Below are positions 32,476 to 39,723 of a DNA stretch of 64,000 nt, piece by piece. Each line of letters starts with the position of its first letter. Within the stretch, counting starts at the first letter, position 1. The position numbers and the translations under genes are program-made. The stretch covers positions 2,874,440 to 2,938,439 of the forward strand of contig OY843611.1 in assembly GCA_963692995.1 (NCBI GenBank), read 5' to 3'. The notes beneath the pieces were generated by a model. That model was not told the DNA's origin, did no database searches, and worked only from the letters and a program-made list of their open reading frames with translations. The stretch comes from Dehalococcoidia bacterium. GTDB taxonomy: Bacteria; Chloroflexota; Dehalococcoidia; Lucifugimonadales; UBA3495.

Positions 32476-32892
32476 TGTAACAAAAGTGTTCGGAACACGC
32501 CCCTCCAGCTGTTACAAAGTGTTACAAATCGGCCTCTCCTGTTACATTTTGGCCGCTTTTTTAGAATTCGTATGGGAAAACGGGCGCAAAAAACGCTTTT
32601 TTCAGCCGCAACGCCGCCTTCTCGACGAAAAAAACCGCATTTTTTGCGCCTGCGGAGCCGCTGATCCGCGTTTTTAACCCCGTCAGAGGCGCTTTTTACT
32701 GAGTTTTGCCCGTTTTTTGCGCCTTGGCCAGGCTGTTACGCGCCGTTTTTGCCGCTTTTTGCGCCCTGGACATGGCAAAATTTCGGCCCTAAACCCCCAT
32801 TTCGGCCCCTGAGGGCGGGAATTTGGCCCCAAAACCGGGATTTTGTAACACTTTGTAACAGCTGGAACCCCCCGTCCCGCCCTCCTGTTACA
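32476..32892. repeat. TGTAACA/TGTTACA heptamer (iteron-like) field, including a second perfect 19-bp inverted pair
   Basis: GCTGTTACAAAGTGTTACA (32508-32526) and its exact reverse complement TGTAACACTTTGTAACAGC (32844-32862). Single heptamers lie at 32476, 32540 and 32886, with a variant TGTTACG at 32734. TCCTGTTACA recurs at 32398, 32537 and 32883. Counting the core pair, there are at least 11 heptamers in 600 bp. Confidence 0.85.
32583..32765. repeat. TTTTTGCGCC boxes and closely spaced T-tracts (possible bent DNA)
   Basis: GGCGCAAAAAA (32583-32593) is inverted relative to TTTTTTGCGCC (32640-32650). Further copies lie at 32713-32723 and 32756-32765. T4-6 runs recur, several only ~9-10 bp apart. 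Confidence 0.7.
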
Positions 32893-33083
32893 CCCCGCAA
32901 CGGCCCGGCGCCGCCCCTTCCGGAGGGCCTGCGAAGGCCAGCCCGCAGCCGCTTTCCGGCCCGCTTTTTGCCCTCTCCTGAGGGCGCCGCTGCCCTTGAT
33001 CCGCGGTGGCCGCTGGACCGGCTGGGCGGCCCTTTGCAGCAGCATTCCGGGGGGTCTCGGCGGCGTCCCCGCCGACCTCGGCC

Positions 33084-33495
33084 TTGCGGCTACCGGCCCC
33101 GTCTGCACCGGCCTTGCGGCAGCGTCTCCGCCTACTCCGGCTTTGCGGCTATCGGCCCGGCCCACCTCGGCTTGCGGCACCAGCCTTGCTCAGCCCGGCC
33201 TGTGGCAGTGGCCTCGCCGGCATCGGCCTTGCGGCAGCGTCTCCGCCTACTCCGGCTTTGCGGCTATCGGCCCTGCCTACCTGGGCTTGCGGCTACCGGC
33301 CCCGTCTGCACCGGCCTTGCGGCTACCGGCCCCGCCGGCCTCGGCTTGCGGCTACCGGCCTCGCTTACCCCCGCTTGCGGCAGCGGCCCCGCCCACCTCG
33401 GCTTGCGGCGGCGTCTTCGCCTACCTCGGCTTGCGGCAGCGTCTCCGCCTACTCCGGCTTTGCGGCTACTGGCCTCGCTTACCCCGGCTTGCGGC
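33084..33495 (-). repeat. right array: 14 copies of TTGCGGC (the reverse complement of the left-array GCCGCAA core) at ~29-bp spacing, organised as higher-order tandem repeats
   Basis: TTGCGGC occurs at 33084, 33114, 33143, 33172, 33229, 33258, 33287, 33317, 33346, 33375, 33403, 33431, 33470 and 33489. Inter-core segments also repeat (agcgtctccgcctactccgg x3; taccggccccgtctgcaccgg x2). All three + frames are open, which fits repeats rather than coding. Confidence 0.9.
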
Positions 33496-33936
33496 AGCGG
33501 CCCCGCCGGCCTCGCCGGCCCCGGCCTCGTTCAGCCGAAATCCCGCGTCTTGCGGGATCAGTAATGACGTGTTCCGTCACAATAAAGTCAGGGAGTGCTG
33601 ACTTTCACCTCATACGAGGCGCTGTCGGAGATAAATCCGCTACAATTGCCCCTGCTTGACGATGCTCTTCGTCGCCAATAAGCCGCGGCCCAACGCCTTC
33701 CGGCTAACTATTCCCGCTCAGCCAACGCTTTCCGCCAGGAAGATGCCGGAACTCAACCCCTTCCCCAATCCGGCCCGGCCCGTCTTTCCCCTTTCACTCG
33801 GCGCCGGGCCAATGCGGTTGCGCTTTCCCGCCGTCAACCGCCCCAATTGCGACCTTTTCCGCTACTCCGGTCCGCAACCCCTAAACTATTCCCCTCATTG
33901 CCGTCCGCAATCCCTGCGCCTCAGTGCAGCCCAGCA

Positions 33937-34695
33937 TCAAATTCCAGCGCTCAACTCAGCAAACGCCGCCAAGTTCGACAATCGGACATCAGCATCCTGC
34001 GCCGTCCGCGACAGCCGGCCAGTCCACGCCGCTCCCGCCAGCCTACTAGCCCACGCCGCTTCCGTTTCCCTGAACTCGGCGCAATAAATCAGCGCCGCCC
34101 GCGACAGTTCCGCATCGGCAGCCACCGCTTCTTGCGCCGCCTCAATGAGGTCCGGCAGTCGTTGCGCCGCCGCGTCTCCCTCGGCCGCCGAAGCCGGGTC
34201 AGGGCGCAGCAAGGTCGCCAAGGCCGCCAGGGCTGCGCCGGCCGCGCCAGCCTTTTCCGACAACGCGCCGGGAACCGCCAGCTCAACGTCATAGGCGCCG
34301 GCCACTAGCGCGTAAGCGTCGCCCAGTCGAAAGCCGCCCTCCAGCGCCGTGTCCGTAGCCAGGGCGAAGTTAATTTCCTCCGTCGCCGCCGCCGCCCGCC
34401 GGTTCGCCAATGACAGCGCGTTTGCCGCGTCCGCTCCGGCGATGCCGGCAATCCCCAGGATCGCCGCGGTGTAGGCGCGCGACATGGCGACGGCGTACAA
34501 GGCGTATTGGGACAAGTTCTCTTCCCCGGCGTGGTCAAAAGCGCCATCTTGCAGCTCCGTCAGGTAATCGGCGAAAACGCACTCGCCAGCCAGGGCGCGG
34601 GCCGCGTAACCAGCCAGATAATGACCGCTTTCATCCATCGCTTCCGCCTGGGCCAGCGCCGCTTCCCAGCGGTCAGTAGGCATTGTCATAACCAT
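33937..34695 (-). CDS. Ala-rich hypothetical protein (252 aa)
   Basis: ORF with a GGGGGA-type SD and GC3 bias. No family recognised. Confidence 0.55.
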   Translation of the reverse strand: MVMTMPTDRWEAALAQAEAMDESGHYLAGYAARALAGECVFADYLTELQDGAFDHAGEENLSQYALYAVAMSRAYTAAILGIAGIAGADAANALSLANRRAAAATEEINFALATDTALEGGFRLGDAYALVAGAYDVELAVPGALSEKAGAAGAALAALATLLRPDPASAAEGDAAAQRLPDLIEAAQEAVAADAELSRAALIYCAEFRETEAAWASRLAGAAWTGRLSRTAQDADVRLSNLAAFAELSAGI

Positions 34696-34907
34696 TTTCC
34701 CCCTTGCGGGGCGCAGCGCCCCAGTTCAGTGTCAGTGCAATACCGATCAATCGCGGCAATTCCTTCGCGTTAACCGCCGACCGGCCCGCCGCGATTTGAT
34801 TCGATTGCCGATTAGATGTCGCAACCCAAGGATCTTTCCGGCCGGCCGCCTGGCCAACCCGGGTTGGTTCCCCCTCTTCACTCTCCCTCTGGCAACGGCG
34901 CTGCAAC

Positions 34908-35162
34908 CTACCGGATCGGCGCCGACGCCGGCGGCCGCGTCCTCTCCCCATCCTCCGTCTCATAGATCAATATCCCCCGCCTTTCCAGCCGGTACACCGG
35001 CCCAATGCAAGCGTCGGGGCCGCCCGCCGTCTCCGCGCAGTAGCACTCCATGGGCAATGCCCAGAGATCATCCTCATCGACCCACATCCGCCCTTCGCTT
35101 GCGTAGCAAATCCCCGCCAGCGCAATGCCCGCCGGGGCGCTCTCCCACACGTATATGCTCAT
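34908..35162 (-). CDS. small hypothetical protein (84 aa)
   Basis: GAGGAG upstream of the ATG (MSIYVWESAPAG...). Confidence 0.55.
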   Translation of the reverse strand: MSIYVWESAPAGIALAGICYASEGRMWVDEDDLWALPMECYCAETAGGPDACIGPVYRLERRGILIYETEDGERTRPPASAPIR

Positions 35163-35172
35163 TCCTTACTCC

Positions 35173-35468
35173 TCAGCAACCCGACGTTGCCTGAGCTGCC
35201 GCTCCAATCCGCTGAACTCTCATCCCAACTAGCTGCCGGCGCTGCGTGAATGTTCCGTCAGCGTTCATCCAGTCGTACAACTCCACGTCCACGGCGGCCA
35301 GCGAGTTCACCAGGGTCCGGATGCTGTCGTAATACTGCTGCTCCCGCAATGCGGCGATGCGGTCGTTCTCGTTTATGGGGCTATTGCTGTAATGGCTGCT
35401 CGGCTAATTTTGGCGACGGCGCCACGCGGCAGTCTCAGCCGGCATTCCCTTGGGCAAAGAGCGTACAT
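35173..35468 (-). pseudogene. small ORF pair or frameshifted gene, paralogous to 39243-39458
   Basis: A 31-codon ORF (35373-35468, MYALCPRECRLRLPRGAVAKISRAAITAIAP) is followed, in another frame, by a 76-codon open frame (35173-35403, ...NENDRIAALREQQYYDSIRTLVNSLAAVDVELYDWM...). That frame has no ATG near its 5' end. The paralog at 39243-39458 carries the LCPKECRLRLPRCAVAQIS and LRERQQQ parts in one frame. Confidence 0.35.
35408..35459. repeat. 52-bp dispersed repeat, copy 1
   Basis: ttttggcgacggcgccacgcggcagtctcagccggcattcccttgggcaaag. It has 3 mismatches to copy 2 at 39359-39410 by my alignment. Confidence 0.85.
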
Positions 35469-35534
35469 CGCGTACTGGAAAAGGTCTTCCCTGCCATTAT
35501 TGTTGCCGGCCGGGTCGTTTCATGCCAGTGATCG

Positions 35535-35753
35535 TTATTCATCCGCATTCTCCGGGCTGCCGCCCGCGCAGTAGGCGTCGGCCTGCGCTTGATGGATTCG
35601 CCTGGCGTCTTGCTGACTATCGGCCGGCACTACCCCGTTGCAGCGCTGGCACCGCCATATGCCCATGTACCGCAACCGATTGCCGGATGCGTGAAACTGC
35701 CGGATTACCGGCTTGCCCAGGTCGTCAACGATTGGCGTCATGGTGAACGGCAT
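35535..35753 (-). CDS. small zinc-ribbon protein (72 aa), distant member of the PYHC family
   Basis: ATG at 35753 (MPFTMTPIVDD) follows GAGAGGA. Motif YMGIWRCQRCNGVVPADSQQDARRIHQ. Confidence 0.55.
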   Translation of the reverse strand: MPFTMTPIVDDLGKPVIRQFHASGNRLRYMGIWRCQRCNGVVPADSQQDARRIHQAQADAYCAGGSPENADE

Positions 35754-36115
35754 GCTTGGTCCTCTCTTGCGGCGAAGGTCGCATAATGCGGGGCGCGCTG
35801 CCGGATAGCAGAGACGGCGGCGCGGCAAAGTCGCTCGGGCGCGTTTCCAGCCGGCGAACGGGTCAGCCGCACGCGCGGCAGAATGCGGCGCTCTCAGCGC
35901 CCCGCCGACATTGGGGCTGTACGGGGGATAGCGACGCCGGACGGCGGCGATAGCCGGGACCCTGGAGATACGAGCCGCCGCGCCGGCGCTCAATGAAGGG
36001 GAGCCGACGCCTTTTCTTGCCGGGCGCGGTCGGCGGTCATAGCAGTACACCTTCTCCCCGTAGCGATTTGGGGTTGCTTCGCCGACGGCCCCCGGCGCCG
36101 GGGCTAGTCGGCGGG

Positions 36116-36601
36116 TTAGCCGTCGGCCAGCGCTTCGGCCTCGGCTTTGGCTTTGGCGGCCAGGACTAAATCGCGGCCGGCTTCGCCGGCTTGCCGGTTG
36201 GCCTCAATCAAGTCATCGATGGATTGGTCCGTGTCTTCGATAAGTTCGATACCCTCGTGGCGGGGAAGTCCCACGCAGACGGTCTTCTCATAGGCGTCAA
36301 GGGCGGCCCAGGCCGCCGTTGCCAGGGCGTGGGCGAAAGGGTCGTTGCCTTCACCCTTGTCGCGGACGTAAGAGCAGGCGGCGGCCGCCGTTTCTACCGA
36401 CATCACGGCCACGCTGAGGGCGGTTGCGGCATGGGCGAGGGCCGCGGAAGCGTCTTTGGCGTCACGGGCGTTCAAGGCGGCTTTGGCGGTCTCAGTCCAG
36501 GGCTTACGAACCTCCCGGAACTCCCGGAGCGCGGCTTCGCCGGTGGGCTTGTTCCAGGGCTTTGCTTCCTCCCGGACGGCGGTTTCGGTAGTTTTCTTCA
36601 T
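36116..36601 (-). CDS. hypothetical protein (161 aa)
   Basis: TAAGGAGA upstream of the ATG (MKKTTETAVREE...). Ala-rich and helical-looking. Confidence 0.65.
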   Translation of the reverse strand: MKKTTETAVREEAKPWNKPTGEAALREFREVRKPWTETAKAALNARDAKDASAALAHAATALSVAVMSVETAAAACSYVRDKGEGNDPFAHALATAAWAALDAYEKTVCVGLPRHEGIELIEDTDQSIDDLIEANRQAGEAGRDLVLAAKAKAEAEALADG

Positions 36602-36643
36602 GTTCTTTCGTCTCCTTATGCGTAGCGGCTTGATTGCGTCGCT

Positions 36644-36895
36644 TCAGTATCCGACTGCACAGTCCGGGAAGCGATCCGCCAGCGTGTCGATGGCGATGGT
36701 CGGCCCCGGTATGCTGCTGCCGTCCTGGAATACCCAGTAGAGGTCAATTCCGTAGATGACGTTTTCCAGGGCCACCATGCAAAACACCTGCCGGATGATC
36801 TCCGGCGCCTGCTCTGCGTATTCCCGTTGCAGTTCTTCGCCGTGGGCGTTGATAACCCGGTCGATGCCGTTCATCGCGGATAGGTCTCCCATCAT
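36644..36895 (-). CDS. small hypothetical protein (83 aa)
   Basis: AAAGGAGGAA lies immediately upstream of ATGATG at 36895 (MMGDLSAMNGIDRV...). The longer track ORF (to 37213) is upstream run-on. Confidence 0.6.
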   Translation of the reverse strand: MMGDLSAMNGIDRVINAHGEELQREYAEQAPEIIRQVFCMVALENVIYGIDLYWVFQDGSSIPGPTIAIDTLADRFPDCAVGY

Positions 36896-37002
36896 TTCCT
36901 CCTTTTGAGGCAGCGGCGCTCCGGCCGGCCGGCCCGGAGCGTGTTTGTTGCTGACGCCGGACGGCGATACGCCTGACCCACGTGGTTCTGACGCCAAATC
37001 CG

Positions 37003-37284
37003 CTACCGCGCCTTCCTGCTTGGCAACCCGTAGCAGATGACCTGTTTCGTCTGTTTCTCTTCTGCGCAGGCCGCGCAGGAGGCTTGGTACAGCCCGTAGT
37101 CGCTGCGTCTTCCCCGGTGGCCGGCGGCATACGTCAGTACTACGCCCTTGTGATCTGCCAGGCTGTGCCGGCAATAGCGGCAGTGGTACGGCTCGATGTA
37201 GATCGGGTGCCATTGCACCGCGGTTCCCTTGCCGCTGATAAAATTAATGTCGATGCGACTCGGTCTGGTCGTTTTGCTGCCCAT
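37003..37284 (-). CDS. PYHC zinc-ribbon family protein (93 aa)
   Basis: Motifs IYIEPYHCRYCRHS ... CAACAEE. GAGAGAAAGG upstream of the ATG. Confidence 0.55.
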   Translation of the reverse strand: MGSKTTRPSRIDINFISGKGTAVQWHPIYIEPYHCRYCRHSLADHKGVVLTYAAGHRGRRSDYGLYQASCAACAEEKQTKQVICYGLPSRKAR

Positions 37285-37446
37285 ACCTTTCTCTCGTGTC
37301 CGCCATTACTGCTCACCTGGCGCTGCGTCCGGCGCCGGACGCAGCGCCAGGCCAACCCAGCGCCGGATCCAATCCTCAGCCGCCGGCGCGAAGGCCTCAA
37401 CGCCGCTCCGGCCGCCTGGGCCGCCGTCGCTACCGCCAATTTCGTT

Positions 37447-37656
37447 TCATTGGACCTTGCTGTGCAGTTCCATCGCAATCGGGATAGCCTCCTCAAGCAT
37501 CGCCAGCGTGTCCCTGCTGACGATAGGATAGTGCATACTCGCATACTGCAACTCCTGACCGATGTGCGCCGCCGTGAGTTCGGGGGTTTCCCTGACCATC
37601 TGCTCAATGGCTGCTATGTAAGTCGCAACCCTGACGGCTGCCTCTTTTATCTCCAT
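37447..37656 (-). CDS. small hypothetical protein (69 aa)
   Basis: ATG at 37656 (MEIKEAAVRVATY...) overlaps the upstream stop (TAATG). Confidence 0.5.
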   Translation of the reverse strand: MEIKEAAVRVATYIAAIEQMVRETPELTAAHIGQELQYASMHYPIVSRDTLAMLEEAIPIAMELHSKVQ

Positions 37657-37820
37657 TACCTCACCAGCCCTCGCGCTACCACCGGCGGGAACTCCGGGTC
37701 GGTGACTGCCCGGTGGCAGAACTCCGTGGTAGATACCACGATGGTCAGCGGCATTAGCCGCCAGTCCGGTGCGGCCCCGCACTCGCCGCACGTGATAGTG
37801 AAAGCGCCAAGTGGTGTCAT
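37656..37820 (-). CDS. small zinc-ribbon-like protein (54 aa), not in the ORF track
   Basis: My translation reads MTPLGAFTITCGECGAAPDWRLMPLTIVVSTTEFCHRAVTDPEFPPVVARGLVR. GGAGG lies 7 nt upstream. Its ATG overlaps the upstream stop (ATGA) and its stop overlaps the next ATG. Confidence 0.5.
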   Translation of the reverse strand: MTPLGAFTITCGECGAAPDWRLMPLTIVVSTTEFCHRAVTDPEFPPVVARGLVR

Positions 37821-38023
37821 TCCGAGCCTCCGCAGCGGCCGCCGGCTAGGTCGTCGTGCATGGCTCTCGCCTCATCTGCCGAAGTCGCCTTGACGCCTAC
37901 CCCGCAAATGGCGCAGTGGTAGGGTTCGATTATTAGCAGCAGTCGTTGAAATAAGTCCGGGCATTTTCGTATCGCCACCAGGCGAGGTGAGCCATTTTCT
38001 CGGCGATGCGCTCGGCTCCCCAC
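37817..38023 (-). CDS. PYHC zinc-ribbon family protein (start uncertain)
   Basis: IIEPYHCAICGVGVKATSADEARAMHDDLAGG closely parallels the C-terminus of 40250-40588 at both protein and DNA level. The 5' part overlaps the preceding gene by ~90 nt, so the true start may be internal or non-canonical. Confidence 0.5.
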   Translation of the reverse strand: MGSRAHRRENGSPRLVAIRKCPDLFQRLLLIIEPYHCAICGVGVKATSADEARAMHDDLAGGRCGGSE

Positions 38024-38268
38024 AGGGCGGATAGGGTCAAGTTTTGCAGCGGGGTACGGGCCGGATGCCGCTGGCGGCGGAGCATCGGGCTGTGGCCGGG
38101 ATGCGCCTTGGCGTAGGCAATCGCCGCGGCCTTGAGATGACGGTGGAAGGCGTCAGCGGCGTCCGCCTCGCGGGACAGCATCGTCAGGTCAGCTTCTGCC
38201 ATGGGCGTGGCGAAGCCGACGCAGGTGGCGGCGGTCAGCAGCGCAGGGGGCAGTGGCTCAGGGGTCAT
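37933..38268 (-). CDS. hypothetical protein (111 aa)
   Basis: GAGGAGA upstream of the ATG (MTPEPLPPALL...). Confidence 0.55.
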   Translation of the reverse strand: MTPEPLPPALLTAATCVGFATPMAEADLTMLSREADAADAFHRHLKAAAIAYAKAHPGHSPMLRRQRHPARTPLQNLTLSALWGAERIAEKMAHLAWWRYENARTYFNDCC

Positions 38269-38460
38269 GGTCAGTCTCCTCTCGCTGCGCGCGGCGGTCT
38301 GACACCGCTAGATCAGGTCAACGGAGCCGCCGGGCAGCGCCGGTTCATCGGGTCTATCCCGGTGCGCAGGGAAACTACCGGGGGCGGCCGGCTATCGCGG
38401 CAGCGTGGCGGGGTCTATCCCGATGCGATAGGCACGTCCCTGTGCGCCTGCAAAAGCCCC

Positions 38461-38679
38461 TTATTGTGGCTTTTTACCTCCGTCATTTTCCGTGCTCCCT
38501 TCAGTAGTCAGTCGGTTCTCCAATCTCACTGTGTCCCAATCGGCCATGCTCAACTGGCAAATTTTGGTACACACCGGCCTGCGCCGGGGATGCTCGGCCA
38601 CCGGCGGTCCGATGTCATACCAGCCGTTAACCGGCCTTTCGTCGTTGCACATAAAGCAGCGTCTTTCGTCGGCAATCAT
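38461..38679 (-). CDS. small Cys-rich protein (72 aa)
   Basis: ATG at 38679 (MIADERRCFMCNDERPVNGWYD...VCTKIC) with AGGGGA 7 nt upstream. Confidence 0.5.
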   Translation of the reverse strand: MIADERRCFMCNDERPVNGWYDIGPPVAEHPRRRPVCTKICQLSMADWDTVRLENRLTTEGSTENDGGKKPQ

Positions 38680-38689
38680 GGTCATTCCC

Positions 38690-38932
38690 CTACCGTTCAC
38701 CTGTCGCCATCGTCGGATACGAAATCGGGTCGGCTACCTCGCGGCGGCAGTACTCGGCGGTATGCCACTGCGGGCCCAGCCCGAACTGGTGCCACAGGAC
38801 GTCGTGGCAATTCGCGCAGATGTCAATAACGTTGCAGTACTCGGCGTCTATCCGCTGGCTCTCGGCGTGGACGGTAATGCCGCCTTCCTCGGCCAGTAAC
38901 TCGCCGCAACTTCCGCAGTCTTGTCTTTCCAT
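38690..38932 (-). CDS. small zinc-ribbon protein (80 aa)
   Basis: AGGAGA upstream of the ATG. Motif MERQDCGSCGELL...CANCHDVLWH. Confidence 0.6.
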   Translation of the reverse strand: MERQDCGSCGELLAEEGGITVHAESQRIDAEYCNVIDICANCHDVLWHQFGLGPQWHTAEYCRREVADPISYPTMATGER

Positions 38933-38993
38933 ATCAATCTCCTATTCGGTTTTTAAGTGGTCGGATATTCCATTAGACTATTTCTCCGAGCCA

Positions 38994-39209
38994 TCATGGT
39001 CGCCGGCCGGGTCGTCCAGGGCCGCTATAGTCGGCGAAAGTCCGCTCCCCGGCCAAGGCCAGCAACGGCTGGCCCGTCCAGCAATGACCGCCGTGATACA
39101 GCAGCGGCGGGGCAAATCCTTTCACGTAACGCCGGCATTGGGCAGCCTTCTGCGGTGCAGATAACGCCGGGCCGGGACAGCTCCGTAACGACGGGAGGCA
39201 ACCTGGCAA
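38994..39209 (-). CDS. small hypothetical ORF (71 aa, TTG start), weak
   Basis: Track ORF. It contains YHGGHCW, reminiscent of CPAHCWNHG in the next ORF. There is no good SD. Confidence 0.3.
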   Translation of the reverse strand: MPGCLPSLRSCPGPALSAPQKAAQCRRYVKGFAPPLLYHGGHCWTGQPLLALAGERTFADYSGPGRPGRRP

Positions 39210-39242
39210 CGGCTCCGGCCGGGTCGCCGATGCGGGGTTTAG

Positions 39243-39698
39243 CTATTCGGGCCGGGCCGGCGTCCCTTCCAGCGCGGCCAGCAGGACCGCCTGCTCTGCT
39301 TCCGGCAGCGCTGGGGCCAGCCGGTCAAACTGCTGCTGCCGCTCCCGCAATACGCTGATTTGGGCGACGGCGCAACGCGGCAGTCTCAGCCGGCATTCCT
39401 TTGGGCAAAGGGGTACTGCCGGCGGTTCTCCGGGAAGGACGGCAATCGGCCGCCCGCTTTATTCTCCCGTAGCGCCCCGGACCATCGCCAGCTCAGCCGA
39501 AAGCCTTGCGCCAGCCGGATCGGAAATGAAGGATTGCGTCGCCGGCTGTTTGGCGGCGTGCGAATGGGGCGGCATTCCCGCGGCATTCCGGGGGGACTTA
39601 TCGGCGGACGGGCAAAGTCTGCTCGTCTGCCTTAGCCTGCCGACATTTCCGTGATTCCAGCAGTGCGCGGGACACTCGCCCTGCGTCGGAATCGTCAT
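39243..39698 (-). pseudogene. Cys/His-rich small ORF interrupted by an in-frame TAA (or two abutting ORFs); the 3' part is a paralog of 35173-35468
   Basis: The ATG at 39698 gives MTIPTQGECPAHCWNHGNVGRL... up to a TAA at 39459-39461. The same frame stays open for 71 more codons (SGRPIAVLPGEPPAVPLCPKECRLRLPRCAVAQISVLRERQQQFDRLAPALPEAEQAVLLAALEGTPARPE) to a TAG at 39243. Confidence 0.4.
39359..39410. repeat. 52-bp dispersed repeat, copy 2
   Basis: tttgggcgacggcgcaacgcggcagtctcagccggcattcctttgggcaaag. See copy 1 at 35408-35459. Confidence 0.85.
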
Positions 39699-39723
39699 AC
39701 TCGATGTCGTGTGAGCGTTTCGG

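Noticed and set aside
33084-33495. A regularly spaced (~29 bp) repeat array that superficially resembles a CRISPR array.
   Set aside because: The conserved core is only ~7-10 bp. The intervening 'spacers' are themselves repeated (higher-order tandem units). No cas genes or leader were seen. I treat it as a tandem or iteron array.
31659-33659. Long + strand ORFs (31659..32432, 32749..33564, 32996..33601, 33006..33659) and minus ORF 32683..33180 across the repeat region.
   Set aside because: All three + frames are open through the arrays simply because the GC-rich repeats lack stop codons. The peptides are Pro/Arg/Gly/Ala low complexity, and no SD or start context is present. I treat the region as non-coding.
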